Assembly (NCBI GenBank): GCA_028275365.1
Contig: JAPWUU010000002.1
Coordinates: 9,515-73,514 of the forward strand
Origin: Candidatus Caldatribacterium sp.
GTDB taxonomy: Bacteria > Atribacterota > Atribacteria > Atribacterales > Caldatribacteriaceae
Direction of reading: 5' to 3'
Length of the DNA: 64,000 nt
The notes below the pieces were generated by a model, which was not told the origin of the DNA, searched no databases, and saw only the letters and a list, made by a program, of their open reading frames with translations. Within the stretch, counting starts at the first letter, position 1. The number at the start of each line of letters is the position of its first letter. Below are positions 9,324 through 22,412 of the stretch, piece after piece. The translations under genes were made by a program, and so were the position numbers.

Positions 9324-9972
9324 CAGTAGCACTCCCTGGCTTGGTGTAGCCGCCGTGGAAGAAGAAGAGGTCCTCTTCCAGGTGGTTCACTATACGAGGA
9401 TGGAGCACTCCCTCCTGCTTTTAGAGTACCTCAGGGTAATACAGGATCGCTTCCCCCTGAGAGAGCGTCTGGAGTGTATTCTCGTCGGTCTTGGTCCTGG
9501 GTCATTCACCGGGGTCAAGGTTGGCAACATGATTGCAAAGGGCCTGGCTTACGCTTTTCGGGTGCCTCTTTTGGGGTTCTCGGTCCTCGAGCTTCTGGCA
9601 AGCCAGACCCGAAGGCTCCATGTGGCTTCGTCCTTTGAGGTTGTCGTTCCGGTGATTTTCCACCGGAGAGGAGAGATTTTCTGGTCTGAATTCCCCTTTC
9701 CTTCGACCCGCCTTGCTGGTGCGCCCCGGGTGGGTTCTCCGGAGGAATTCGTCACCCGGTACGTGGGGAGAGCGGGTGTTCTGGTCGTAACCCCCTGGGG
9801 AGACCTCTTCGAAGCGTTCGGGAGAGCCGGTCTTTCGTGTCTTCACCCTGATCTTGCGGTCCCCAATCCCCTTGAGCTTGTGGCGTTGTCCCGGGAGCGG
9901 GGGGAAAGAGGGAGTTTTGAGAACGTTTTTACCATGCTGCCCCTCTATGGATCCAGGATTTTCGAACGATAA
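9307..9972 (+). CDS. tsaB: t6A biosynthesis protein TsaB
   Basis: MILALDSS, HS, GPGSFTGVKVG; between tsaE and rimI. Confidence 0.88.
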   Translation: MILALDSSTPWLGVAAVEEEEVLFQVVHYTRMEHSLLLLEYLRVIQDRFPLRERLECILVGLGPGSFTGVKVGNMIAKGLAYAFRVPLLGFSVLELLASQTRRLHVASSFEVVVPVIFHRRGEIFWSEFPFPSTRLAGAPRVGSPEEFVTRYVGRAGVLVVTPWGDLFEAFGRAGLSCLHPDLAVPNPLELVALSRERGERGSFENVFTMLPLYGSRIFER

Positions 9973-10468
9973 GGTTCTCGTCGACAACGGCGATTTTCAG
10001 ATTGTGGAGATGCGGACACACCACCTGCCCTATGTGGTGGCGATTGAACGGCGGTCCTTCTCGCAACCCTGGTCGTATTCGCTCTTCCTCACCGAGCTTT
10101 CGAACAAGGTTGCTTCGTATTTCGTGGCGCTTTTTGAGGGCAGGGTCATCGGGTACGTCGGCCTCTGGATTCTGTGGGAGGAGGGGCACGTCACAACCTT
10201 TGCCATTCACCCCCGGTACCGGGGGAGGGGTTTCGGGAAAAGGCTCTTTCGGTATGCCCTTGATTACGCCCGGGCCTGCGGGTGTCGTTACGTACTTCTG
10301 GAGGTCCGGGTGAGCAACACCAGGGCCCAGAATCTCTACCGGAAGTTTGGTTTCCGGGTAGTGGGGGTACGGTCACGGTACTATGCTGATGGAGAGGATG
10401 CGCTCATTATGCGGAAGGATTTCGAGGGGGAAGGGGATGAGCGAAGGGCTTCTGGTTCTGGGGATTGA
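9947..10468 (+). CDS. rimI: Ribosomal protein S18 alanine N-acetyltransferase (start uncertain)
   Basis: IERRSFSQPWS, RGRGFG, LEVRVSNTRAQNLYRKFGF, YYADGEDA. Confidence 0.9.
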   Translation: MDPGFSNDKVLVDNGDFQIVEMRTHHLPYVVAIERRSFSQPWSYSLFLTELSNKVASYFVALFEGRVIGYVGLWILWEEGHVTTFAIHPRYRGRGFGKRLFRYALDYARACGCRYVLLEVRVSNTRAQNLYRKFGFRVVGVRSRYYADGEDALIMRKDFEGEGDERRASGSGD

Positions 10469-11465
10469 GACAAGCTGCGACGATAGCTGTGTGGCGGTGG
10501 TTGATGAGTGTTTCAGGATACGTTCCAATGTCGTCTCAAGTCAGATTGAGGTTCACCGGGCATTTGGGGGTATTGTTCCTGAGGTGGCCTCAAGGCGTCA
10601 TCTTGAAGTGCTTCCTTCAATCCTCCACACTGCCCTAAAGGAAGCCGGGGTTACCCTCCACGATATCGGTCTTATAGCTGTGACCCAGGGACCGGGGCTT
10701 CTGGGATCGCTCCTTATGGGGATGTGCCTGGCGAAAGCTCTGGCTTTTGCTCTTGAGAAACCCCTTGTAGCGGTCAATCACCTGGAAGGGCATCTTTTTG
10801 CCGTACGCCTCGATGACCCCTCTGTGGCTCCCCCTTTTGTGGCGCTCATCGTTTCCGGAGGGCATACCGAACTTTTCGCCGTTCGGGACTGGGGGGACTA
10901 CGTTTTGCTTGGACGGACAAGGGACGATGCTGCTGGTGAAGCGTACGACAAGGTGGCCCGGCTTCTCGGCCTTGGGTACCCCGGGGGTCCAGTGATTGAC
11001 CGTCTGAGTAAAGAAGGAGACGAGAAACGCTTTTTCTTCCGGAGCGGGCTTGAGGATGAGGATACCCTGGATTTCAGCTTCAGTGGTCTGAAGACTGCTG
11101 TGGCGAGGTTTTTCTCGCAACTTTCTCCTGAGGAAAAGCGCGACGAGTGTCTCCTTCGGGACCTTGCAGCCTCTTTCCAGGAGAGCGTGGTTCGCAGTCT
11201 GGTCAAAAAGGCTTTCCAGGCGGTGGAGCGCACGGCGTATCCGGCACTCGTTGTGGGGGGAGGAGTGGCGGCAAATCGCCGCCTTCGGGAGGTTATGGAA
11301 GAGGAAGGGAAGAAACGGGGAGTTCGAGTGCTTTTCCCGTCCCGGGCGCTGTGTACAGATAATGCAGCAATGATTGCTGCCTGCGGTCTTTTTCATTTCC
11401 TTCGAGGAAGACGAGATTCTCTGGCGATTGACCCCCTTCCTCAGCTCTCCCTGGGGTCCAGTTGA
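10437..11465 (+). CDS. tsaD: tRNA N6-adenosine threonylcarbamoyltransferase
   Basis: LGIETSCDD, GGIVPEVASRRH, NHLEGH, SGGHT, DDAAGEAYDK, FSFSGLKT, CTDNAAMI. Confidence 0.97.
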   Translation: MSEGLLVLGIETSCDDSCVAVVDECFRIRSNVVSSQIEVHRAFGGIVPEVASRRHLEVLPSILHTALKEAGVTLHDIGLIAVTQGPGLLGSLLMGMCLAKALAFALEKPLVAVNHLEGHLFAVRLDDPSVAPPFVALIVSGGHTELFAVRDWGDYVLLGRTRDDAAGEAYDKVARLLGLGYPGGPVIDRLSKEGDEKRFFFRSGLEDEDTLDFSFSGLKTAVARFFSQLSPEEKRDECLLRDLAASFQESVVRSLVKKAFQAVERTAYPALVVGGGVAANRRLREVMEEEGKKRGVRVLFPSRALCTDNAAMIAACGLFHFLRGRRDSLAIDPLPQLSLGSS

Positions 11466-11530
11466 ATTCTCAAGATGCTCTGCGGTATTATTCTGGCATG
11501 CGTTTTGACAAGGACAAAGAGGTGAATATT

Positions 11531-13114
11531 GTGGCAAAAACTCTTGCTTTCGGTAGCGAAGCCCGTCAGGCCCTCCGGGAGGGGATTGAAGCACTTTCCG
11601 GGGTGGTGCGACTCACCCTGGGACCGCGGGGAAGGAACGTGCTCCTTGAGAAGGATCGGGGTCTTCCCCTGGTCACAAACGACGGGGTCACCGTGGCTCA
11701 GGATATCGAGGTCCATGACGCTTTTCGGAACGTGGGCGTCAGGATCCTCAGGGAAGTTGCGGCAAGGACGAACGACGTCGTGGGGGACGGGACCACAACG
11801 GCTGTTGTTCTGGCTCAGAAAATGGTGGAAGAGGGGATGAAAGCCCTCCTTTCCTTCCACAGTCCGGTGTTCCTCAAAAGCGGGATGGAGAAAGCCGTAG
11901 ACGCAGTGGTGCGGAAACTTCGGGAACGAAGTGTCCCAGTTGTGGAGAAAAGACACGTGGCCCAGGTGGCCTCTGTGGCCTCAAAAGACGAGTTCCTGGG
12001 GGAGCTTGTGGCCGAGGCACTGGAGCGGGTGGGGAGAGACGGTGTGGTGACCATCGAGGATTCTCAAGGTGTCGAGACCACCCTTGAAGTGGTCGAAGGT
12101 CTGCAGTTTGATCGGGGCTTTGTTTCCCCGTACTTTGTGACGGATCCCGAGAGGGAAGAGGTCCTCTTTGAGCATCCCTTTATCCTCGTCTCTGATTACA
12201 AGATTCGCAATGCCGCAACGCTTCTCCCCCTCCTTGAGCGGGTTTTCCAGACGGGTCGTCCTCTGCTCTGTATTGTGGGGGAGATTGACGGCGAGGCCCT
12301 GGCTCTTCTTGTGGTCAATAAACTCCGGGGGGTGCTGCAGGTCGCAGCGGTCAAGGCGCCTGCTTTTGGAGAACGGCAGAAGGAAATCCTGGGGGATATC
12401 GCGGTGCTCACCGGAGGACAGGTCATTCTCCAGGACCTGGGGATGAAGCTTGAAAAGGTTACGCTCGAGCTCCTTGGTCAGGCGGAGAAGGTTCGGGTTA
12501 CCCGGGATGCCACGGTGATCGTCGGAGGGAAGGGGAAAAAGCGGGATATTGAGGAGCGAATCCGGCAAATTCGTGCCCAGATTGAGAAAGCTACCTCGGA
12601 TGACGACCGGGAAAAGCTCGAGGAACGTCTGGGGCGGCTCACCCGCGGGGTTGCCGTCATCCGGGTTGGAGCACCAACAGAGGTCGAACTTCAAGAGAAA
12701 CGCCTCCGCGTTGAGGATGCCCTGGCTGCTGCCCGGGCTGCCCTTGAGGAGGGCATTGTCCCCGGGGGCGGTGCAGCCCTGCTCCATCTTGCCCAGGAGC
12801 TCGATATGGAGGCCATTCCTGAGAGGGAGCGTACAGGGGCGGAAATTGTGCGGAAGGCTCTGGAGGAACCTGCGCGGCAGATTGCTGAAAACGCTGGATA
12901 CCAGGGGTCCCTCATAGCGGGGAGGATGAAGGCAGAGCCCTGGAATGTGGGGTTTGACGTGGTCCGGGGCGATTTCGTCGACATGTTCGCGGCGGGTATC
13001 GTGGACCCTGCCAAGGTGGTCCGGGTAGCCCTGCAGAATGCGTTGAGTGTGGCCTCTCTTGTGGTGACCACTGAGGTTATTATCGCTGAAGAGACGGAGA
13101 TAGAGAAAAGGTGA
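11531..13114 (+). CDS. groL: Chaperonin GroEL (no adjacent groES, no GGM tail)
   Basis: TLGPRGRNV, TNDGVT, GDGTTTA, EGLQFDRG, KAPAFG, GIVPGGG, GIVDPAKV; start GTG 11531 after GAGGTG. Confidence 0.95.
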   Translation: MAKTLAFGSEARQALREGIEALSGVVRLTLGPRGRNVLLEKDRGLPLVTNDGVTVAQDIEVHDAFRNVGVRILREVAARTNDVVGDGTTTAVVLAQKMVEEGMKALLSFHSPVFLKSGMEKAVDAVVRKLRERSVPVVEKRHVAQVASVASKDEFLGELVAEALERVGRDGVVTIEDSQGVETTLEVVEGLQFDRGFVSPYFVTDPEREEVLFEHPFILVSDYKIRNAATLLPLLERVFQTGRPLLCIVGEIDGEALALLVVNKLRGVLQVAAVKAPAFGERQKEILGDIAVLTGGQVILQDLGMKLEKVTLELLGQAEKVRVTRDATVIVGGKGKKRDIEERIRQIRAQIEKATSDDDREKLEERLGRLTRGVAVIRVGAPTEVELQEKRLRVEDALAAARAALEEGIVPGGGAALLHLAQELDMEAIPERERTGAEIVRKALEEPARQIAENAGYQGSLIAGRMKAEPWNVGFDVVRGDFVDMFAAGIVDPAKVVRVALQNALSVASLVVTTEVIIAEETEIEKR

Positions 13115-14280
13115 GGCCTATGGAGTACTTTCTGGGGAGGAACCGGAAGGCACGGATGACCTTTGGATTTGATGATGTGTCCCTTGTGCCGGGCAACGTC
13201 ACAGTGGACCCAAAGGATGTGGACGTTTCGACGAGTATCGGACCAGTGCGGCTTGAGGTTCCCATCCTTGGGGCGGCCATGGATGGGGTGGTGGATCCCC
13301 GTATGGCCGTGGAGCTGGGAAAGTTTGGAGCCCTGGGAGTCCTGAATCTCGAGGGGCTGTTCACTCGCTACGAGGACCCTTACGGGGTGATTGAGGAAAT
13401 CATCTCCCGGCCCAAAGACGAGGTTGCTGCGCTGCTCCAGCGAGTGTACCAGGAACCCATTAAGGAGAAGCTCATCGACCGGCGGATTGAGGAAATTAAG
13501 TCTCATAATGTTCCTGCGGCGGTATCCGTTACCCCTCTTCGGGCTGAGACGCTTGGCAGGAGGGCCATCCAGGCCGGGGTTGACGTCCTGGTCATTCAGG
13601 CCACGGTAACTACTCTCCGCTATGTTTCCTCTTCGCTCCAGGCTCTGGACCTTGAGAAGTTCTGCCGGGAGGCTCCCGTTCCTGTGGTTGTGGGGAACTG
13701 CGCCACCTATGAGGTAGCCTTAGAGCTCATGCGCGCAGGGGTGAGCGGCGTTCTCGTCGGCATCGGCCCTGGAGCTGCCTGCACCACAAGGGCTGTTCTT
13801 GGCATTGGTGTTCCCCAGGTGACGGCAACGGTAGATGTGGCGGCAGCCCGGGAAGATTACCTGAAGAGCACCGGCCGGTACGTGGCGGTGATTACCGATG
13901 GAGGCATGCGGGTGGGTGGAGATATCGCCAAGGCGATAGCCAGTGGAGCGGATGCCGTGATGCTTGGCTCACCTCTGGCCAGTGCCCAGGAAGCTCCCGG
14001 TCGGGGGCACCACTGGGGCATGGCCACTCCAGACCCGGCACTGCCCCGGGGGACGCTCGTCAGGGTTGGTATCAAGGGGAGCCTTCGGGAAATCCTCTTT
14101 GGCCCAAGTACGGTCACCGATGGCACGATGAATCTCGTCGGAGCGCTCAGGGTGGCCATGGGGTCTCTGGGAGCACGGAATATTCGAGAGATGCAGAAGG
14201 TCGAAATCGTCGTGGCGCCAAGTATCTGGACCGAAGGGAAACACCTGCAGAGGGAACAAGGTGTGGGGATGGGGCGGTGA
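13111..14280 (+). CDS. guaB: GuaB3-family IMP dehydrogenase
   Basis: FGFDDVSLVP, AMDGVV, LNLEGL, GIGPGAACTTR, DGG, HWGMA; no CBS domains; adjacent to guaA. Confidence 0.88.
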   Translation: MRPMEYFLGRNRKARMTFGFDDVSLVPGNVTVDPKDVDVSTSIGPVRLEVPILGAAMDGVVDPRMAVELGKFGALGVLNLEGLFTRYEDPYGVIEEIISRPKDEVAALLQRVYQEPIKEKLIDRRIEEIKSHNVPAAVSVTPLRAETLGRRAIQAGVDVLVIQATVTTLRYVSSSLQALDLEKFCREAPVPVVVGNCATYEVALELMRAGVSGVLVGIGPGAACTTRAVLGIGVPQVTATVDVAAAREDYLKSTGRYVAVITDGGMRVGGDIAKAIASGADAVMLGSPLASAQEAPGRGHHWGMATPDPALPRGTLVRVGIKGSLREILFGPSTVTDGTMNLVGALRVAMGSLGARNIREMQKVEIVVAPSIWTEGKHLQREQGVGMGR

Positions 14281-15828
14281 GTGCCGGGTATGGATAAGAT
14301 TGTCATTCTGGATTTTGGTTCTCAGTACACTCAGCTTATTGCTCGTCGCATTCGGGAGCTCCAAGTGTACTGCGAAATCTGGCCATACCACATGCGGGGT
14401 TGCTCCTCGCTGGCCGATGCCGAGATCCGGGGCATCATTCTTTCAGGAAGCCCCTACAGCGTTACCGACGAGAATGCCCCCCGGCTGCCGCAAGGAGTCC
14501 TCGAGAGCGGGAAACCGGTCCTTGGTATCTGCTACGGGATGCAGCTTCTCGTCAGCACTCTGGGAGGGAAGGTCATCCGGTCCCAGAGCCGGGAATACGG
14601 GAGGGCTCTCCTTTTCGTTCTCGAACGGGGAGGGCTCTTCGAAGGTCTGGGAAGTGAGATGGTCTGCTGGATGAGTCATGGGGACAGTGTGAAGGAGATC
14701 CCTGAGGATTTTGTCTGCGTGGCCCGGACAGAAGGGTGCGAGTACGCTGCGGTCAGGGACAAGAGCGGAAGAATCTGGGGCATTCAGTTCCATCCCGAGG
14801 TCTCCCATACTCCTCTGGGGAAGGAAATCCTTGCGAACTTCGTTTTTGGTATTTGTGGATGCCGTCCTGAGTGGACTCCTGAGTCCATCGTGAAGCAACA
14901 AATCCAGTACGTCCGTAACGAGGTCCAGAAAGAGCGAGTCGTGTGTGCCCTCAGCGGTGGGGTGGACTCGGTTACCGCAGCGGTCCTGACCTACCGGGCC
15001 ATCGGGGACCAGCTGAACTGCATCTTCGTCAACAATGGTCTTCTGCGAAAAGGAGAGGCAGAGCAGGTACTCTCCAACATGCGGGCGCTTCTTGGAAAGG
15101 ACCGGGTGATTTACGTTGATGCCAGGGAACGTTTTCTTCTCGCCCTTCGGGGGGTTGTGGACCCTGAGGAAAAGCGGAAGATTATTGGCCGGGTGTTCGT
15201 GGAAATTTTTGAGGAGGAGGCGAGAAAACTCGGGAACGTCACCTACCTCCTCCAGGGGACAACTTATCCTGACGTCATCGAGAGTGTCTCGGTGTGGGGT
15301 CCATCGGCCCGAATCAAAACCCACCACAACGTTGGAGGGCTTCCCGAGCATATGCACCTTAAGGTCCTCGAGCCCTTGCGGTTCCTCTTTAAGGACGAGG
15401 TCCGGAGGCTGGCAGCAGAACTCGGTATTCCCGAGGACATCATCTGGCGACAGCCCTTCCCTGGCCCCGGCCTTGCCGTACGTATCATCGGCGAGGTGAC
15501 CGAAGAACGGCTGGCGATTCTCCGGGACATGGATGCCATCATCGACCAGGAGTTGCGGAAATCGCCGATTTACCGGAAGCTCTGGCAGTCCTTTGGGGTT
15601 CTGGTTCCGGTCCGGAGCGTCGGTGTTATGGGGGATGAACGAACGTACAAGTACGTGGGAGTCATCCGAGCGGTCATGAGTGAAGATGGCATGACTGCCG
15701 ACTGGGCAAGGATTTCTTATGATACTCTCGATGTCATCGCCCGGCGCATCGTGAATGAGGTGGCAGGGATAGGGAGAGTGGTCTATGACATCACCTCTAA
15801 GCCTCCTGCGACGATTGAATGGGAATGA
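14281..15828 (+). CDS. guaA: GMP synthase (glutamine-hydrolysing)
   Basis: LDFGSQYTQLIARR, GICYGMQ, QFHPEV, SGGVDS, IKTHHNV, KPPATIEWE. Confidence 0.98.
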   Translation: MPGMDKIVILDFGSQYTQLIARRIRELQVYCEIWPYHMRGCSSLADAEIRGIILSGSPYSVTDENAPRLPQGVLESGKPVLGICYGMQLLVSTLGGKVIRSQSREYGRALLFVLERGGLFEGLGSEMVCWMSHGDSVKEIPEDFVCVARTEGCEYAAVRDKSGRIWGIQFHPEVSHTPLGKEILANFVFGICGCRPEWTPESIVKQQIQYVRNEVQKERVVCALSGGVDSVTAAVLTYRAIGDQLNCIFVNNGLLRKGEAEQVLSNMRALLGKDRVIYVDARERFLLALRGVVDPEEKRKIIGRVFVEIFEEEARKLGNVTYLLQGTTYPDVIESVSVWGPSARIKTHHNVGGLPEHMHLKVLEPLRFLFKDEVRRLAAELGIPEDIIWRQPFPGPGLAVRIIGEVTEERLAILRDMDAIIDQELRKSPIYRKLWQSFGVLVPVRSVGVMGDERTYKYVGVIRAVMSEDGMTADWARISYDTLDVIARRIVNEVAGIGRVVYDITSKPPATIEWE

Positions 15829-15845
15829 GAATGAAGGTGGTGGGA

Positions 15846-19159
<3,314 letters not shown>

Positions 19160-19165
19160 TCCCTC

Positions 19166-19477
19166 ATGCATGCCAGAGTGTCGTTTGAGGAAATCCGAAA
19201 GATTGCCCATCTTGCCAGGTTGTCCTTCTCGGAAGAAGAGTTTGCTCGTTTTTTCCAGGACATTAGTGACATTATTGCCCATTTTGAAAAGCTGAACGAA
19301 CTCCAGCTTGAGGGGGTTTCGCCGACTTCTCACATCTCCTGGAGCGATCCCCCCATGAATGCCGATGAACCTGTGGAATGGCAGGGGAGCGACCTCGTTC
19401 TGCAACATGCCCCCCACGTGGAAGGGAGATACTTCATCGTCCCCAAGGTTGTGGAGAAAGAGGAGAAGCTGTCATGA
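19166..19477 (+). CDS. gatC: Asp/Glu-tRNA amidotransferase subunit C
   Basis: IAHLARL, EGVSPTSH, YFIVPKV; precedes gatAB. Confidence 0.93.
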   Translation: MHARVSFEEIRKIAHLARLSFSEEEFARFFQDISDIIAHFEKLNELQLEGVSPTSHISWSDPPMNADEPVEWQGSDLVLQHAPHVEGRYFIVPKVVEKEEKLS

Positions 19478-20961
19478 GCCTTGAGGAATTCCGGAATTTC
19501 ACCATTCGGGATTACCACGCGCTCTTTGCTCGGGGAGAGCTCTCTCCTTCTGTGTTGCTTGAGGTGTTCTTTCAGCGCATCGAAGAGGTGGATCCCCTCC
19601 TCCATGCCTTTCTTTTCGTGAACAGGGAGAACGCCCTTGAGCGGGCCCGAAGGCTTGAGAGGGAATGGAAAGGCAAGGACTCTTACCCCCCGCTCTGGGG
19701 GATTCCTGTGGCCGTCAAGGACAACATCTGTACCCTTGGCATACCCACAACCTGTGGATCGAGGATTCTTGAGGGGTTCATTCCCCCGTACAACGCCACC
19801 GTCATCGAGCGCCTCGAGAGGGCCGGGGCCATCGTCATCGGGAAGACCAATATGGACGAGTTCGCCATGGGATCGTCGACGGAAAACAGCGCTTTTGGTC
19901 CGACGAGGAACCCCTTTGACCTCAACCGGGTTCCCGGCGGGTCCAGCGGCGGGTCTGCTGCAGCTGTGGCTGCTTTTGAGGCTCCTGTGGCTTTGGGGTC
20001 CGACACCGGGGGTTCGGTACGCCAGCCGGCGGCCTTCTGTGGCATCGTGGGGCTTCGCCCGACGTATGGACGGGTTTCCCGATACGGACTTGTGAGCTTT
20101 GCCTCGTCCCTGGACCAGATTGGCCCGATGACGCGAACCGTGGAGGACGCCATCACCCTTTTTGAGGTGATAAGCGGCAAAGACGAGCGAGACTCCACCT
20201 GTGCTCCCTATCCCCCTTTTTCCCGGGAGGAGATCCCCCCGCAGGAGGACATACGGACGATAAAGATTGGCCTTCCCCGGGAGTACTTCTCCGAGGGAGT
20301 AGACCCCCGGATGGTGAAGGTTATTACTGCGGTGCTTCGGGAACTTGAGAAAGAAGGCCTGGAGCTTGTTGAAGTCTCTCTACCCCACACGAATTACGCT
20401 CTGGAAGCGTACTACATTGTGGCCCCTTCTGAAGCAAGCTCGAACCTCGCCCGGTACGATGGTGTGCTCTACGGGATGCGGAAGGGAGGAGGCCAGGGGT
20501 TGCAGGACATGTATTTCCAGACAAGGAGCTTCGGTTTTGGTCCGGAAGTGAAGCGGAGAATCCTTCTTGGGACGTACTCTCTAAGCTCAGGGTATTACGA
20601 TGCCTATTACCTGAAGGGCATGAAGGTACGGACGCTGGTGCGGCGGGATTTCGAAGAGGCCTTTGCGACCTGCCACCTTCTTGTGACGCCTGTTTCTCCG
20701 GTATTCCCCTTTTTCCTCGGGGAGCGGACCAAAAGTCCCTATGAAATGTACCTTGCCGATGTGTTCACCATCCCCTCAGCTATGGCTGGCGTGCCTTCCA
20801 TCGCTGTGAACTGCGGGTATGAGGATGGTCTTCCGGTGGGCATGCAAATTATTGCCGGTCCTTTTCGAGAAGGAGTCCTCTTTGCCCTGGCACGCTTTGT
20901 CGAGCAAATGCTCTCGCTCCCCCTTCCTTTCCCCGAAATTGGGCCGGAGAGGAGGTCCTGA
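19474..20961 (+). CDS. gatA: Asp/Glu-tRNA amidotransferase subunit A
   Basis: [47 protein letters not shown]. Confidence 0.97.
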   Translation: MSLEEFRNFTIRDYHALFARGELSPSVLLEVFFQRIEEVDPLLHAFLFVNRENALERARRLEREWKGKDSYPPLWGIPVAVKDNICTLGIPTTCGSRILEGFIPPYNATVIERLERAGAIVIGKTNMDEFAMGSSTENSAFGPTRNPFDLNRVPGGSSGGSAAAVAAFEAPVALGSDTGGSVRQPAAFCGIVGLRPTYGRVSRYGLVSFASSLDQIGPMTRTVEDAITLFEVISGKDERDSTCAPYPPFSREEIPPQEDIRTIKIGLPREYFSEGVDPRMVKVITAVLRELEKEGLELVEVSLPHTNYALEAYYIVAPSEASSNLARYDGVLYGMRKGGGQGLQDMYFQTRSFGFGPEVKRRILLGTYSLSSGYYDAYYLKGMKVRTLVRRDFEEAFATCHLLVTPVSPVFPFFLGERTKSPYEMYLADVFTIPSAMAGVPSIAVNCGYEDGLPVGMQIIAGPFREGVLFALARFVEQMLSLPLPFPEIGPERRS

Positions 20962-20963
20962 GA

Positions 20964-22412
20964 ATGGAGAACGTCTACGTGACCATCGGGCTTGAGGTTC
21001 ACTGTCAGCTCCTGACCCGGGCGAAGATGTTCTGTCGCTGCAGCACCGACTACATCGGGAAAACCCCCAATACCCTGGTGTGCCCGGTTTGCATGGGTCT
21101 TCCCGGAGCACTTCCGGTGCTCAACAGAAAAGCCTTAGAGCTTGCGATAAAAACCGCCCTGGCGCTACAGTGTGAGATCCTGCCGGAGGTGGTTTTCCAC
21201 CGGAAGAACTACTTCTATCCCGACCTCCCCAAGGGGTACCAGATTTCTCAGTACGATTTCCCTATCGGGGTGCGGGGAGTGCTGGAATTCGCCCTTCAGG
21301 GGGTAAAGAAGCGAGTTCGTATACGAAGGGTCCACGTGGAGGAGGACGCAGGGAAACTCGTCCATGAGGGGCCGGATCTCCGGGGGGCGGTCTCGGGGGT
21401 CGATTTTAACCGGGCTGGCATCCCGCTTGTCGAAATCGTCACCGAGCCGGATCTCCGCTCTCCTGAGGAGGCGAAGGAGTGCCTTGTGATGCTCAGGAGC
21501 ATTGTGCGGTACCTTGGGGTGAGCGACGGGAATATGGAAGAGGGGTCGCTGCGCTGTGATGCCAACGTTTCCGTCTCCCTTTCTCCAGAGATACCAGGCA
21601 CCAAGGTAGAGATCAAGAACATGAACTCTTTTCGCTCGGTCTTCCGGGCTCTGAGTTACGAAGTTGAGCGCCAGACGGAACTTCTTCGAGCGGGGAAAAC
21701 TCCGGTCCAGGAAACTCGCCACTGGGATGAGGCGCGCCAGGTGACCGTCCCCTCCCGGGGGAAAGAAGAAGCAGAAGATTACCGGTATTTCCCCGACCCA
21801 GACCTCCTCCCTTTTCGTATTCTTCCGGAGATGCTCCAGGAAATACGGGCGACCATTCCCGAGTTACCTCTTCAGAAGAAGGAACGATTCATGCGGGAGT
21901 ACGAACTCCCCGAGCCCGAGGCGTACATCCTTGCTCAGGACCGTGACCTTGCGGAATTCTTTGAAGCGTGTGTCCGGGAGTTTCCGTCTCCCCGGGCAGT
22001 CTGTAACTTCATACTCACTGAGGTCCTGAAAAACCTCAACAGTCTCAATATCAGTATTCGGGAGAGCAAGGTCACCCCGTCGATGCTGGCAGAGCTTTTG
22101 AAGATGGTGGAGCGCAAGGAAATTGGCATTTCCCTGGCCAAGGGCATCTTTGAGGAGATGTTCAGAACGGGGATGGGTGCAAGGGATGTCATGCTCAAAA
22201 AGGGGATTTCGTTCCTCACCAGTGAACGGGATCTCGAGAAGGTTGTTCGCGAAGTTATCGAAAAGAACCCCCAGAGTGTGGCCGATTACCTCCGGGGGAA
22301 GGAAAAGGCACTGCATTTCCTCATCGGACAGGTTATGAGGGTCACAAAGGGGCAGGCCAGTCCTGAAGTGGTGAAGAATTTGCTCCTCCGAGAGCTTTCA
22401 GGTGGTGAGTGA
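20964..22412 (+). CDS. gatB: Asp/Glu-tRNA amidotransferase subunit B
   Basis: [49 protein letters not shown]. Confidence 0.98.
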   Translation: MENVYVTIGLEVHCQLLTRAKMFCRCSTDYIGKTPNTLVCPVCMGLPGALPVLNRKALELAIKTALALQCEILPEVVFHRKNYFYPDLPKGYQISQYDFPIGVRGVLEFALQGVKKRVRIRRVHVEEDAGKLVHEGPDLRGAVSGVDFNRAGIPLVEIVTEPDLRSPEEAKECLVMLRSIVRYLGVSDGNMEEGSLRCDANVSVSLSPEIPGTKVEIKNMNSFRSVFRALSYEVERQTELLRAGKTPVQETRHWDEARQVTVPSRGKEEAEDYRYFPDPDLLPFRILPEMLQEIRATIPELPLQKKERFMREYELPEPEAYILAQDRDLAEFFEACVREFPSPRAVCNFILTEVLKNLNSLNISIRESKVTPSMLAELLKMVERKEIGISLAKGIFEEMFRTGMGARDVMLKKGISFLTSERDLEKVVREVIEKNPQSVADYLRGKEKALHFLIGQVMRVTKGQASPEVVKNLLLRELSGGE

